The translations under genes were made by a program, and so were the position numbers. From Acidimicrobiia bacterium (lineage in GTDB: Bacteria; Actinomycetota; Acidimicrobiia; Spongiisociales; JAENVV01), in assembly GCA_041586155.1 (NCBI GenBank), contig JBFHAT010000005.1, positions 10,520-74,519 of the forward strand: a DNA stretch of 64,000 bases. Reading direction: 5' to 3'. How positions within the stretch are numbered: position 1 is the first letter of the stretch; each line of letters starts with the position of its first letter. The notes beneath the pieces are model-generated. The model made no database searches, was not told the origin of the DNA, and saw nothing but the letters and a program-made list of their open reading frames with translations. Below, piece after piece: positions 27,095 through 37,908 of this stretch.

Positions 27095-28165
27095 TCAGCC
27101 GAGGCCGGTCAGAAACTCGATCGCTTCGTCAACGGTTGCGACACGAACGAGCTCGACGTTCGCCTCGGCTGTCTGCGCCTCGGCCCAATTGTCGGCAGGT
27201 ACCAGCATGAAGTCTGCGCCCGCCTCGGCGGCGGCATAGACCTTCTGCCGGACGCCTCCGATTGGACCGATGGAACCGTCCGGTCTGATCGAACCGGTGC
27301 CGGCGACGACCAGGCCGTGACTCAGATCCTCGTCTGACAGCAGATCGATCAGGGTCAGCGTGTACATCAACCCGGCCGACGGCCCGCCGACGTTTCCGTC
27401 GTCGATGTCGATCTCGATCGGGGTCACGTAGTCGAAGTTGTGAGTGGTGGCCAGAAATCCGATCATCGGTCGATTGGGATCGTCGGCGTTGGGCACCAGG
27501 GTGACGGTGCGCTCGATGACCTCGCCATCCCGTTCGATCGTCAGCGTCACCTCGTCGCCGATGCTCCGTTCAGAAATCAGGCTGATGAGGTCGCCGGCCA
27601 GGTCGACCGGCACTCCGTCGACCGAGACAATGACGTCGTCTGCCCGCAGGATGCCTTCCACCGGAGAGCCTTCGCTGAATCCGGCCACGAGCACGCCTTC
27701 GCCGGTGAATTCGACTTCGAAGCCGGCCCGCTCCAACGCGACCAGGACCGCCGTCGCCTTCGACTCATCCATCAGCTCGCGATTTCGCTCCGCGTACTGC
27801 TCATCGGAGATTCCCGACGGCCGCACCCGCTCCCGGTCGTAGATGTCAGACTGGGGGTCGAGCCCTGCCACGACGAACTCCAGCGCACTGAGCGCAGACG
27901 AGCTGGACACGGTGAGCATATAGAACTCGCCGGTGAGTGGGTCGGGGTCGGCCAGCACCACCATCTCGTCGATTTCCCGCACCGGGCCGGGCGTGAAGGC
28001 GACGTACGGCACTTTGATGACCATCGAGAGTGCCACGATGATCGCCAGGACGATCATCGCCCCAGCCAGACGATACGGCCAGCGAGGCATTGGCGCTCCG
28101 TCGTGTACGGCCACCTCCAGCTCGGGCGGCGCCGACCGGTTCAGGTCCGTCTCCATCGCCGGCAT
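27095..28165 (-). CDS. PDZ domain plus Lon-protease (S16) C-terminal domain protein (YlbL-like)
   Basis: TM anchor, PDZ (GEGVLVAGFSEGSPVEGILRADDVIVSVDGVPV) and Lon_C-like (GPSAGLMYTLTLIDLL...AGTGSI). Start chosen at an internal Met. The upstream part of ORF 27095..28705 is low-complexity. Confidence 0.7.
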   Translation of the reverse strand: MPAMETDLNRSAPPELEVAVHDGAPMPRWPYRLAGAMIVLAIIVALSMVIKVPYVAFTPGPVREIDEMVVLADPDPLTGEFYMLTVSSSSALSALEFVVAGLDPQSDIYDRERVRPSGISDEQYAERNRELMDESKATAVLVALERAGFEVEFTGEGVLVAGFSEGSPVEGILRADDVIVSVDGVPVDLAGDLISLISERSIGDEVTLTIERDGEVIERTVTLVPNADDPNRPMIGFLATTHNFDYVTPIEIDIDDGNVGGPSAGLMYTLTLIDLLSDEDLSHGLVVAGTGSIRPDGSIGPIGGVRQKVYAAAEAGADFMLVPADNWAEAQTAEANVELVRVATVDEAIEFLTGLG

Positions 28166-28258
28166 GGTACCCCGGGCGTGGTGGCAACCCTGCCGGGGCG
28201 TGGGCGAGTAACGTCGTGGCGACGCCGAGTCTGTGATCTCGACCATCGAGGAGGAACC

Positions 28259-28837
28259 GTGCTCGCCCATCCTGCCGTGCTGACCGGACACGTCCTGCCC
28301 CGCCGGGCTGTCATCACCGTGCTCGCCGTGGTCGGGTTCGCGGCGCTGACGGCCGTCGCCGCCCAGTTCGCCATCCCCCTTCCCTTCACTCCGGTGCCCA
28401 TCACGGGACAGACCCTTGCGGTGTTGTTGACAGGGGCCGCGCTCGGAAGCCGGGCCGGAGCCGCCAGCCAGCTCCTCTATGTCGGGGTGGGCGCCCTCGG
28501 CGCCCCTGTGTACGCGGAGGGCGCCGGCGGTTGGGACGCGGCCACGGGCCCAACCGCCGGATACTTCGCCGGTTTCGTGGTAGCCGCGTACGTCGTCGGA
28601 TTGCTGGCCGAGCGCAAGCAGGACCGCAGTTTCGCCACCTCGCTGCCCGCGTTCTTGACCGGATCGGTGATCATCTACGGCTTCGGCCTGGCGTGGTTGC
28701 TGCAATCACTCGACGTCGACCTGGCAACGGCGCTGGGCCTCGGTCTGGCGCCGTTCGTCGTGGGGGACATCGTCAAAGCGCTGATCGCGGCCGGCATCAC
28801 GCCGACGGCGTGGAGGCTGGTGGGCCGCTCCAGCTAG
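28259..28837 (+). CDS. bioY: BioY-family biotin transporter (ECF S component)
   Basis: GTG start preceded by GAGGAGGA. VPITGQTLAVLLTGAALG...GPTAGYFAGF motifs. Confidence 0.75.
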   Translation: MLAHPAVLTGHVLPRRAVITVLAVVGFAALTAVAAQFAIPLPFTPVPITGQTLAVLLTGAALGSRAGAASQLLYVGVGALGAPVYAEGAGGWDAATGPTAGYFAGFVVAAYVVGLLAERKQDRSFATSLPAFLTGSVIIYGFGLAWLLQSLDVDLATALGLGLAPFVVGDIVKALIAAGITPTAWRLVGRSS

Positions 28838-28844
28838 CGGCTGC

Positions 28845-29690
28845 TCAAGCCGTCTGGTGGTCCTCGCCCAGGTAGGCCTTGATCACCTCGGGGTTGCGCT
28901 GGATTTCGTGGGGTGGGCCGGTGGCGATCGGTACCCCGAAATCGAGCACCATGATGCGGTCGGCAATGTCCATCACCAGCCCCATGTCGTGCTCGACCAG
29001 GATCATGGCGATGTCGAGCTCGTCGCGGATGTCGAGAATGAACCGAGCCATATCCTCGGTCTCTTCGAGGTTCATCCCGGCAACGGGCTCGTCCAACAGC
29101 AACAGCTCGGGCCCCATGGCCAGCGCCCGGCCCAGCTCGACCCTCTTCTGCACCCCGTAGGGCAGAAGCCCGACCGGGTATTTGCGCCACTGCTCGATCT
29201 CCAAGAAATCGATGATGTCTTCGACCTGGACCCGATTGGCGATCTCCTCCCGCTTGGCCCGCCCCCACCACACGGCCCCGGCCAGCCAACCGTGCTTCAT
29301 GCGGACGTGCCGCCCGGTGAGGATGTTCTCGAGCACGGTCATGTGCGGGAACAACGCAATGTTCTGGAACGTGCGGGCGATGCCCAGCTCGGCGGTCTTG
29401 TTGGGCTTGAGACCCGTGATCGACCTGCCCTTCCATCGGATCTGACCTTCCTGAGGCCGATACACCTGATTGACGCAGTTGAAGATCGAGGTCTTGCCGG
29501 CGCCGTTGGGGCCGATCACGGAGAAGAGCTCACCAGTATCGACGTGGAATGAAACACCGTCGATCGCCTTCAAACCCTTGAACGAGAGGTGGATGTCCTC
29601 CACCTCGAGCAGATGCTCGTAGGGCTCTGCGACGTCATGAGCGGTCTCGAGACCCTCGAGGGTGTGATGCGAGCGGACGACGTCAGCCAC
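28845..29690 (-). CDS. livG: ABC transporter ATP-binding protein, LivG-type
   Basis: Walker A GPNGAGKTS. LivG-like N-terminal region. 281 aa. Confidence 0.8.
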   Translation of the reverse strand: MADVVRSHHTLEGLETAHDVAEPYEHLLEVEDIHLSFKGLKAIDGVSFHVDTGELFSVIGPNGAGKTSIFNCVNQVYRPQEGQIRWKGRSITGLKPNKTAELGIARTFQNIALFPHMTVLENILTGRHVRMKHGWLAGAVWWGRAKREEIANRVQVEDIIDFLEIEQWRKYPVGLLPYGVQKRVELGRALAMGPELLLLDEPVAGMNLEETEDMARFILDIRDELDIAMILVEHDMGLVMDIADRIMVLDFGVPIATGPPHEIQRNPEVIKAYLGEDHQTA

Positions 29691-29723
29691 GAACGGTCCT
29701 CTCGCTCGGTGCCGGCCGGGAAC

Positions 29724-30518
<795 letters not shown>

Positions 30519-30574
30519 CTCTCCCTCCGTGGAGCGCCGGGGGCGAAACGCCCCCGGCGCTCATTCGTCTGTCG

Positions 30575-31978
30575 CTACTCCAGCTTGAAGCAGGCCTCGC
30601 TGAACTCGTACTCCGCAGCGATGTCGGACGTGTAGAGCGCTTCCAAGACCTCGAGGCCGGACCCGCCGGCTTCCAGGTCGGCCGTGCTCGGCTTGCCGAT
30701 GTACATGGCCCGCTGCAGGTTCTCGTTGGGAGAGCCGCTGTACGACTCCGGCGGCGCCATGCCGTTGAAGTCGACCGATTCCATGCTCTTGCCCGCGGCC
30801 AGGACGCCAGCCTGGGTCATGTCGCCGTTGTCGTACGCCTGCCGCAGGATCTGCTCCAACAGCACAGCCTCGACCACTCCCGCCAGGAAGTACTCGCTGG
30901 GCGGGGCGTCGGGATTCTGCGCCAGCACGGCTTCGCGAGCGGCCGTGGTTCCCGGATTGGGGTCGCTCCACGGCGCCAGTGGGAAGCCGAAGATCATGTC
31001 GCGTACCGCCGCGTCCCGGATCGGCGAGTCAGGGGCGATGAAGCCCTGGTTCCAGTCGACGAACGAGCCGGACCACACCGCCTGGAGGCCGGCTGCCAGC
31101 GTCTGCCCGTAGATACCCGAGTAGGCACCCGGCGACGTCGATACCCACACGATGTCCGGAGCGCCCGCAATGATGCCCTGCGCCACTTCGGCCAGCGACG
31201 CCTCATCAGCGGCGTTGACCTTGCCTTCACCGTCGTAGACGATGTCGAGACCGAGGGCTTCGGCGGCCAGCTTGGCGCCCTGCGCCGAGTCCTGGCCGTA
31301 GTCACCGGCGTTGGAGGCGATGGCGATCGTCGCCGCGTCCGGATTCTGGTCCTTGATGTAGCCGAGAACGTTCATCGACTCGATGCAGTACGGCGTTCCG
31401 TGCGCCAGCACGTTCGAGTTGAGTTCCGGGTCGGTCCAGCCCGAGTACCACGTGAGGGGGATGGCGAGGATACCGTCGGCCTGCAGGTCGGGCACGATGT
31501 TCACCGTATGGGGCGAACCGGTCGAATGCCCGAGGGCCACGACCTCGTCTTTGATCTCGGAGTACTTCTGGGTATGGACGTCTTCGGCGTAGCCGGTGTC
31601 TTCGATCACCAGTTCCACTTGGAGACCGTTGATGCCTCCCTCGGCGTTGACCTTGTCCCACCAAGCCTGCTGGCCCGCCACGACCGGGGTCACCAGCGCC
31701 GAGAAGACGCCGGTCAGGTCGGACAACAGTCCGACCTTGATCACGCCCGCTTCGAGATCCACGCCTATATCCGTGGCGATCTCTCCAGCGGGCGCTGTCT
31801 CGTCAGGAGCGGTGGTCTCGTCGGGGGCAGTGGTCTCGTCAGGGGCAGTTGTCTCTTGGGGTGCGGCCGTCGTCGCCGGAGCGTCGCCCTCGGTCGTATC
31901 GGCGGCGCCGCCACCGCAGGCCGCCACCACCAGCCCCAAGGCCAGCAACACAGCCAGCCATCTGGCTCTCATCGTCAT
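30575..31978 (-). CDS. Liv-type ABC substrate-binding lipoprotein (periplasmic binding protein type I)
   Basis: Lipoprotein signal MTMRARWLAVLLALGLVVAAC. A TTAPDETTAPDE repeat linker, then a PBP1 domain. Confidence 0.75.
   Translation of the reverse strand: MTMRARWLAVLLALGLVVAACGGGAADTTEGDAPATTAAPQETTAPDETTAPDETTAPDETAPAGEIATDIGVDLEAGVIKVGLLSDLTGVFSALVTPVVAGQQAWWDKVNAEGGINGLQVELVIEDTGYAEDVHTQKYSEIKDEVVALGHSTGSPHTVNIVPDLQADGILAIPLTWYSGWTDPELNSNVLAHGTPYCIESMNVLGYIKDQNPDAATIAIASNAGDYGQDSAQGAKLAAEALGLDIVYDGEGKVNAADEASLAEVAQGIIAGAPDIVWVSTSPGAYSGIYGQTLAAGLQAVWSGSFVDWNQGFIAPDSPIRDAAVRDMIFGFPLAPWSDPNPGTTAAREAVLAQNPDAPPSEYFLAGVVEAVLLEQILRQAYDNGDMTQAGVLAAGKSMESVDFNGMAPPESYSGSPNENLQRAMYIGKPSTADLEAGGSGLEVLEALYTSDIAAEYEFSEACFKLE
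31797..31868. repeat. 18-bp tandem repeat (~4 units) encoding the (T)TAPDE linker of the substrate-binding lipoprotein
   Basis: Units gtctcgtcaggagcggtg, gtctcgtcgggggcagtg, gtctcgtcaggggcagtt, gtctcttggggtgcggcc, read directly from the sequence. Confidence 0.6.
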
Positions 31979-32017
31979 TTCAGTTCTTCCTCCTGGTTCT
32001 GATTCGTCGAAGGCCAC

Positions 32018-33256
32018 TCAATAAGTGAACGGCCAACCCTTCCAGTAATTGCGAATGCGGATCCAGATCCCGTACAAGCCCAACGGCTCGAAGATGAGGA
32101 ACCCGATGATGAGAAGACCGTAGAGGACCAGGTTCAGCTGGGCTACCGACAATCCCGGACCGACCCCTGGCAGCGTGTTCACCAATCCGAAGTCGGAGCC
32201 GTCGGTCGCCACGACGAAGTCGAGCACAGAGGCGAGCAGGCTGTCCCCCTCCTCGACGATCCCTTGAACCCACAGAGTGAATTCTTCGACCACTCGCGGC
32301 AACACGATCACGAACACGGCGCCGAGGATGGTACCCGACACGGTGCCGGCCCCGCCGATGAGGACGATGGCGATGAACTGCACGGACAGAAACAGATCCC
32401 AGCGTTCGGGAATGAGCCGGCCGACGAACGAAGCGAGTAGCGCACCGGCCACTCCGGCGAAGAACGAGGAGATGCCGAACGCCAGCAGCTTGTAACGGAA
32501 CTCGTCGACCCCAGTGATCTCGGCGGCGACGTCCCGATCTCGAATCGACTGGAAGGCCCGCCCCACCCGCGTCCTCTGCAAGTTCTTGGCCACGAGCACG
32601 AACAGCAACGCCAATGCGACGAGGAACAGGTACGTCTTGGCCTCCGAGGACAAATCCACCCCCAACCACGGGCCGTCCGACGTCAAGTCGAGCAGGGGCT
32701 CGTCCTCCCTCCAGAATCGGATGTGGAACTCGGGAAACGACCGCCCCGCCTGGGCGCCGCCCGTGACGGACCGCCAGTTGCGGAAGAGGTAGTCGCCTGC
32801 GAAGACAAGCCCCAGCGTCACGAACGCCAGGTACAGACCACGAACCCGCACAGCGGTTGGGCCGACCGCCACTCCCACCAGCGCGGCCACCACTCCGGCA
32901 GCGGGCAGCCAGATCCACATGGGAAGCTCCCACCCGATGTGCTCGACCGTCGGTGCGCCGCCCAGCACCGCGGCGACGTAGGCTCCCACGCCCATGAAGA
33001 AAGCATGACCGAGCGATACCTGACCAGCGAGACCGGTGAGGATGTTGAGGCCCAAACCGCCAATGGCGAAGATCGCCACGCTCGACAGGAGTCGGAGCCA
33101 ATCGTCGGCAGCGAGGAACTTCAGGCCAGGCACGATCCCCAGCGGAAGGGTCGCAGCCACGATCAGGGCAAACATGGCAACGACCCGCTTGGTCGTCGTG
33201 TTGAGGATCGCCTGATCGTCCTCGTAGGAGGTGTGCAGCAGAGGTCGGCCTCTCAT
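32018..33256 (-). CDS. livM: Branched-chain-type ABC permease, LivM-like
   Basis: 412 aa polytopic membrane protein with LivM-type motifs (GLNILTGLAGQVSLGHAFFMGVGAY). Confidence 0.75.
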   Translation of the reverse strand: MRGRPLLHTSYEDDQAILNTTTKRVVAMFALIVAATLPLGIVPGLKFLAADDWLRLLSSVAIFAIGGLGLNILTGLAGQVSLGHAFFMGVGAYVAAVLGGAPTVEHIGWELPMWIWLPAAGVVAALVGVAVGPTAVRVRGLYLAFVTLGLVFAGDYLFRNWRSVTGGAQAGRSFPEFHIRFWREDEPLLDLTSDGPWLGVDLSSEAKTYLFLVALALLFVLVAKNLQRTRVGRAFQSIRDRDVAAEITGVDEFRYKLLAFGISSFFAGVAGALLASFVGRLIPERWDLFLSVQFIAIVLIGGAGTVSGTILGAVFVIVLPRVVEEFTLWVQGIVEEGDSLLASVLDFVVATDGSDFGLVNTLPGVGPGLSVAQLNLVLYGLLIIGFLIFEPLGLYGIWIRIRNYWKGWPFTY

Positions 33257-33284
33257 TGGTGCATCTCCCGGGGGTGGACTCTTC

Positions 33285-34310
33285 TCATACCCGCCGGATC
33301 TCCTCCGTGCCGAACAGCCCGTAGGGCCTGATCAGCAGCACTACGAGCATGACCAGGTAGGGAACGACGCCGCCGAATCCGGTTCCGAGGAACTCGAACG
33401 TCAGGTAGGTGCTGGCAGCCGCCTCGGCGAAGCCGATAGCAAAACCGCCCACCAGGGCGCCGACGATCGAGTCGAGCCCGCCGAGGATGATCGCCGGAAA
33501 GGCCCTGAACGCGAAGAACGCAGTCAGCGTGTCGACCCCGCCGGGCCGGCGGGGGAACATCGAGATGAACATCCCTCCGATCGCCGCCAGCGCCGCCCCG
33601 ATTGCCCAGGAGATCGAGAAGATCCGGCCAACCGAGATGCCCTGGGCGCGGGCCGCTTCCTGGTCCCATGCCGTCGCTCGCATGGCGATCCCGGTGCGCG
33701 AGCGGAAGAACCAGGTCACCCCGATGACCAGCAGCGCGGTCAGGATCATCTGGAAGGCAGTCGTGTAGGGCAGGCGCAGCGAGCAGAGGTCGGTGAGCTG
33801 GATACTGGGCTCGTAGCCTCCCGTCTCGCATCCGAACCCCATCTGCTTGAGGCCGAACGGATCGCCCATGGGTCTGGGATTCAAACCGAGGAAGTCGTTC
33901 GCAACGGTGCGGAGCACGATGTCCATTCCGAGCGTGACGATCGCAACGGCGAAGAGGGCTTCCCCCAGCATCGGTCGGAGGAACAGGCGCTCCAGCACCA
34001 TGCCCAAGGCGGCGGCGAACAGCACCGCGAACACGAGCGACAGCCCCCATCGGATCCACTGCGGCGAGCCCTCCATCCACCGTCCGGGGATGTTGATGAT
34101 GGTGGCGAACGAAGCGACGAAGAAGGCCCCCAGCGCTCCGAGCGCACCGTGGGCGAAGTTGAGCACCTGGGTCGCCTTGAAGATGATCACGAAGCCCAGG
34201 GCGAGCACGGCGTAGATGGCACCGAGGCTGAGGCCATTGACGACCATGAACCCGAAGCTCGACGCCTCCGGTCCGGCCTGAGCGAGGACGACCACCCCGT
34301 TGACCGTCAC
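33285..34310 (-). CDS. livH: Branched-chain-type ABC permease, LivH-like
   Basis: 341 aa. FMVVNGLSLGAIYAVLALGFVIIFKATQVLNFAHG motif. Confidence 0.75.
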   Translation of the reverse strand: MTVNGVVVLAQAGPEASSFGFMVVNGLSLGAIYAVLALGFVIIFKATQVLNFAHGALGALGAFFVASFATIINIPGRWMEGSPQWIRWGLSLVFAVLFAAALGMVLERLFLRPMLGEALFAVAIVTLGMDIVLRTVANDFLGLNPRPMGDPFGLKQMGFGCETGGYEPSIQLTDLCSLRLPYTTAFQMILTALLVIGVTWFFRSRTGIAMRATAWDQEAARAQGISVGRIFSISWAIGAALAAIGGMFISMFPRRPGGVDTLTAFFAFRAFPAIILGGLDSIVGALVGGFAIGFAEAAASTYLTFEFLGTGFGGVVPYLVMLVVLLIRPYGLFGTEEIRRV

Positions 34311-36184
34311 GTCCGATACATGTCGTCGATGAGCTCCTCGAACATGCTCGCCATCGAGGATCGTTTCAGCTTCTGGGTGGCCGTCAACTCGCCGTCTTCG
34401 TGGTCGAGCTCCTTGGGGATCATCCGGAACTTTCGGACGTTCTCTACGCGGGCGAATTTGTCGTTCGTCTCGTTGATCACACCCTGGATGAGCTCGACCA
34501 CCTCCGGCTTCTCGGAGAGGTCGCGGTAGGTCGTGTACGGGATACCACGGCGGGTGGCCCAGTCGCCGACCGTGTCGTATTCGATACCGATCAGCGCACT
34601 CAGGAACTTGCGGCCCTCACCGGTGACCATCGCCTCCTTGACGTAAGGCGACGTCTTGAGGCTGTTCTCGATCTCGGACGGCGACACGTTCTTGCCGCCC
34701 GAGGTGATGATGATGTCCTTCATGCGATCGACGATCTTCACGTGGGTCCCATCCACCCACTCACCGACGTCACCGGTCTTGAGCCAACCGTCTTCCGTGA
34801 AGGTCTCGGCGGTCTGGTCCGGCTTGTTCCAATATCCCCTGAACACACCGGCGTGTTGGGTCTGGATCTCTCCGGTCTCCTCGTCGAGTCGCAGACCGAT
34901 GCCCGGGTAGGGGACGCCCACCGTTCCCAGCTTCATCTCACCGACCGGGTTGTACGTGGCCACAGCCGCGTTCTCCGTCATGCCGTACAGCTCGAACACG
35001 TCGACGCCCAATCCGTGGAAGAACTCGATCACCTCGGGGGCGATGGGGGCGGCTCCGCTGGCGGCCCACCGGCAGCGCCGCAGACCCACCCGCTCCCGAA
35101 GCGCCCGGAATACGATTGGATACCCGACCCAGTAGGCGAGACGCCCGGTCAGCGAATGGTCCCCGCCATTGGCGATGCGCTGTTTGCCCACGTAGCGAGC
35201 CAGAGCAAAACCGATCTGAAACCAGAGGCGCTTGAACGGGGTGGCGTCCTTGGCCTTGATGACGATCCCGGCGTGCAGCTTCTCCCAGATCCGGGGAACG
35301 GCAAAAAACAGCGTCGGCTGCACTTCGCGCAGGTTCTCTTGTACGGTCTCGATCGATTCGGCGAAGTTCAGTACGGACCCGGCAGCGCACATCGTCCAGG
35401 TCGAGAAGATCCGTTCGGCGACGTGGCACAGCGGCAGGTAGGTGAGGATCTGATCGGTGGCATTGGGCCTGCGGTTGCCTCGCATCCGGTTCTTGGCAGT
35501 GATCAGGGTGTGGATGCAGTACTCCACGTTGCCGTTGTCGAGCATCGCCCCTTTGGGCGGACCCGTGGTACCGGACGTGTAGACCAGCGTCATGACGTCC
35601 TCGGCGGTGGCTTGGGCCATCCGTTCTTCGACGGCACCGCTGTGATCGGCTCGATGCCGGCGGCCCAAGGCGATGAAGTCGTCCCAGAAGAGGAAGCGGT
35701 CGTCGTCGCGAAACGCACGGAACCCTCGTGGTTCGACGTGGATCACCCGAGCCAGGTTCGGCAGTCGATCGATGATCTCGAGGACCTTGTCGGCCTGCTC
35801 CTGGTCTTCGGCCAGGTGGACCTTGGCACCCGAGTCGCTCAGCAAGTACTCCACCTCGGCAGTTGGGTTGGTCGGATACAGCCCGACCGAGATTCCCCTG
35901 ACCGCCACGGCGGCAAGGTCGAGCACCACCCATTCGGGGCGGTCCTCAGACTGGATCGACACTCGATCCCCCACCTCGACCCCAAGGGCTAGAAGCCCGT
36001 GGGCGGCGTCCACGATCAGCTCCCACAGCTCCGACCACGTGATCTCCTGCCAGATGCCGTAGTCCTTCTCACGCATGGCGACCTGATCAGGGCTCGACTC
36101 CGCCCATTCCTTGACCCGGACGGCGATAGTCCGGTAGCCGGTCTCAGTACCGGGCGAGGCGACCTCGCCCATGGTTGCCGTCAT
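34307..36184 (-). CDS. Long-chain fatty-acid--CoA ligase (AMP-dependent synthetase/ligase)
   Basis: AMP-binding motifs (YTSGTTGPPKG; GYGMTE-like YGMTENAAVAT). C-terminal long-chain ACS region. Start at ATG 36184 preceded by GGAG. ATGA overlap with livH. Confidence 0.8.
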   Translation of the reverse strand: MTATMGEVASPGTETGYRTIAVRVKEWAESSPDQVAMREKDYGIWQEITWSELWELIVDAAHGLLALGVEVGDRVSIQSEDRPEWVVLDLAAVAVRGISVGLYPTNPTAEVEYLLSDSGAKVHLAEDQEQADKVLEIIDRLPNLARVIHVEPRGFRAFRDDDRFLFWDDFIALGRRHRADHSGAVEERMAQATAEDVMTLVYTSGTTGPPKGAMLDNGNVEYCIHTLITAKNRMRGNRRPNATDQILTYLPLCHVAERIFSTWTMCAAGSVLNFAESIETVQENLREVQPTLFFAVPRIWEKLHAGIVIKAKDATPFKRLWFQIGFALARYVGKQRIANGGDHSLTGRLAYWVGYPIVFRALRERVGLRRCRWAASGAAPIAPEVIEFFHGLGVDVFELYGMTENAAVATYNPVGEMKLGTVGVPYPGIGLRLDEETGEIQTQHAGVFRGYWNKPDQTAETFTEDGWLKTGDVGEWVDGTHVKIVDRMKDIIITSGGKNVSPSEIENSLKTSPYVKEAMVTGEGRKFLSALIGIEYDTVGDWATRRGIPYTTYRDLSEKPEVVELIQGVINETNDKFARVENVRKFRMIPKELDHEDGELTATQKLKRSSMASMFEELIDDMYRT

Positions 36185-36335
36185 GACGCTCCTAGGAGGG
36201 TGGCGTGTGCAGATCGCGGCGAACCGTAGCGGCCCGAGCACTCACCGCAAGCAGATACCATATCGGCGCCAGCCGGCGGAGGACCTCGGAAACGAGGAAA
36301 ATCGATCGCCTGGGTGATGCGGCCGGAGGGTGCGC

Positions 36336-36770
36336 TCAGGCGCCCTGGACCCATTCGGCGCCCTCGGCGGCGTACTCCTTCTTCCAGATCGGTGCCCGAT
36401 GCTTCAACTCGTCGATGATGTGGCGCGCAGCGGCGAACGAGTCGGCTCGGTGCGACGACGAGACCGCCACGACCACGGATTCCTCGCCGACACGCACGGT
36501 GCCGATCCGGTGCTCGACCGCCAGATGAGTGATGTCCCAGCGTTCCCGCGCTTCGGCGCAGATGGCGGCGATCCTGGTCTCGACCTGTTCGACGTATGCC
36601 TCGTACTCCAGGTGGGTCACGTCGGTACGACCCGGGGCGTGGTCGCGGACGATGCCCGAAAAGAGCACGGCCGCGCCGGCCGACGGGTCCTGAACGGATT
36701 CGTAGAGCGCGACCGGGTCGAGGGGCCGCTCGACGACCAGCACGTGCGTTCGTAGTCCGGTCCCGCCCAT
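36336..36770 (-). CDS. moaE: Molybdopterin synthase catalytic subunit MoaE
   Basis: AGAAVLFSGIVRD...HRIG...SSHRADSF...PIWKKE motifs. Start chosen at an internal Met. The N-terminal boundary is uncertain. Confidence 0.7.
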   Translation of the reverse strand: MGGTGLRTHVLVVERPLDPVALYESVQDPSAGAAVLFSGIVRDHAPGRTDVTHLEYEAYVEQVETRIAAICAEARERWDITHLAVEHRIGTVRVGEESVVVAVSSSHRADSFAAARHIIDELKHRAPIWKKEYAAEGAEWVQGA

Positions 36771-36801
36771 AGAATGCAGTGTACGTTCCGAGGTGAGCCC
36801 C

Positions 36802-37896
36802 ATGAGCGACGACCTGTTCAGCCAACTATTCGAGCTCTTCAACGCCCCAGGTCCCGTCAATTGGCGACTGGGAGCCGAGATCGCCAAACAACTCGCCGGT
36901 GAGGCATCACCGGTCGACCCATGGCTGGCTGAGGAATACCAGGACCTGGCCCGACTGGCTCAGCTCCAGATCGAAGCGATGACTCCCCTCTCTCCGGATC
37001 CGGCTTCCAATATGGAGCCGCTCGACCGGCGAGGGTGGATCCTCGCCAACCTCGAGGCCTACGGCTATCTGGTCGCCGGCCTCGACCCGCTCGACTCAGC
37101 TGACACCGTGTCGAGTAGCGATCCGATGGGGATGTTCGTGAAGCCACTCGTTCCCGCGCTGCTCGGCATGCAGATGGGCTCGTTTGTCGGGTTCCTGGGC
37201 CATCGAGTGCTGGGCAACTTCGACGTCGGGTACCCGACCGAGCATCCTGCGCCCCTGCGATTGATCGTGCCGAACGTCGAAGACTTCGCGGCCGACCATC
37301 AGCTCGATCCGCGCGAGGTGAGGCTGTGGTCGGCGATCCGCGAGGTCGCCCACCAGTCGATCTACGCGATCGACTGGATCCGTCCCGACGTCTTGCGACG
37401 CGCCGCCGACTATGTGGCGGGCATCGGCCTCGACCTCTCGAACCTGTTGGAAAGGTTCCAGTCGGTGACCGATCCGACCGAGATCCAATCGATGATGGAG
37501 GATCCCCTCGGCCTGTCGGGTATCTTCTCCGACGAGCACCAGCGACCCGCCCTGGGTGATCTGCATGCCATCGTTGCGACGATGGCCGGGTATGCCGAAT
37601 TCCTGCTGGACGGTATGGGCCGCAAGCTGCTCCCTTCTCTCGAAGCGATTCGTGCGGCTCATCGGATCGCTCGTGACGAGCCCGCCACCGGCGAACAGCT
37701 GCTCGACCGATTAGTCGGCGTCGAGATCGGAGCCGGAGTGTTCGACGACGCCGCTGCGTTCGTTCGCCAGGTCGCCGACCGTTGGGGTGACGATGCCGCC
37801 CACCGGCTGCTCGAGGGGCCAGACATGGTGCCGTCGATGGATGAGATCAGCGATCCGGTCGCGTGGGCCGCCCGCGTGCTCCTGCCCGACCTCTGA
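36802..37896 (+). CDS. Conserved hypothetical protein (hydrolase-like, DUF2342-type)
   Basis: 365-aa ORF with actinobacterial codon usage and no TM. The family call comes from overall resemblance only. Confidence 0.4.
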   Translation: MSDDLFSQLFELFNAPGPVNWRLGAEIAKQLAGEASPVDPWLAEEYQDLARLAQLQIEAMTPLSPDPASNMEPLDRRGWILANLEAYGYLVAGLDPLDSADTVSSSDPMGMFVKPLVPALLGMQMGSFVGFLGHRVLGNFDVGYPTEHPAPLRLIVPNVEDFAADHQLDPREVRLWSAIREVAHQSIYAIDWIRPDVLRRAADYVAGIGLDLSNLLERFQSVTDPTEIQSMMEDPLGLSGIFSDEHQRPALGDLHAIVATMAGYAEFLLDGMGRKLLPSLEAIRAAHRIARDEPATGEQLLDRLVGVEIGAGVFDDAAAFVRQVADRWGDDAAHRLLEGPDMVPSMDEISDPVAWAARVLLPDL

Positions 37897-37908
37897 CCTG
37901 CTCGGCGG

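Noticed and set aside
27095-28705. Full 536-aa ORF as the PDZ/Lon-like protease
   Set aside because: The first ~180 aa are Gly/Arg/Glu/His-rich with no domain. The conserved YlbL-like architecture begins at an internal Met near 28165. The extension is likely untranslated.
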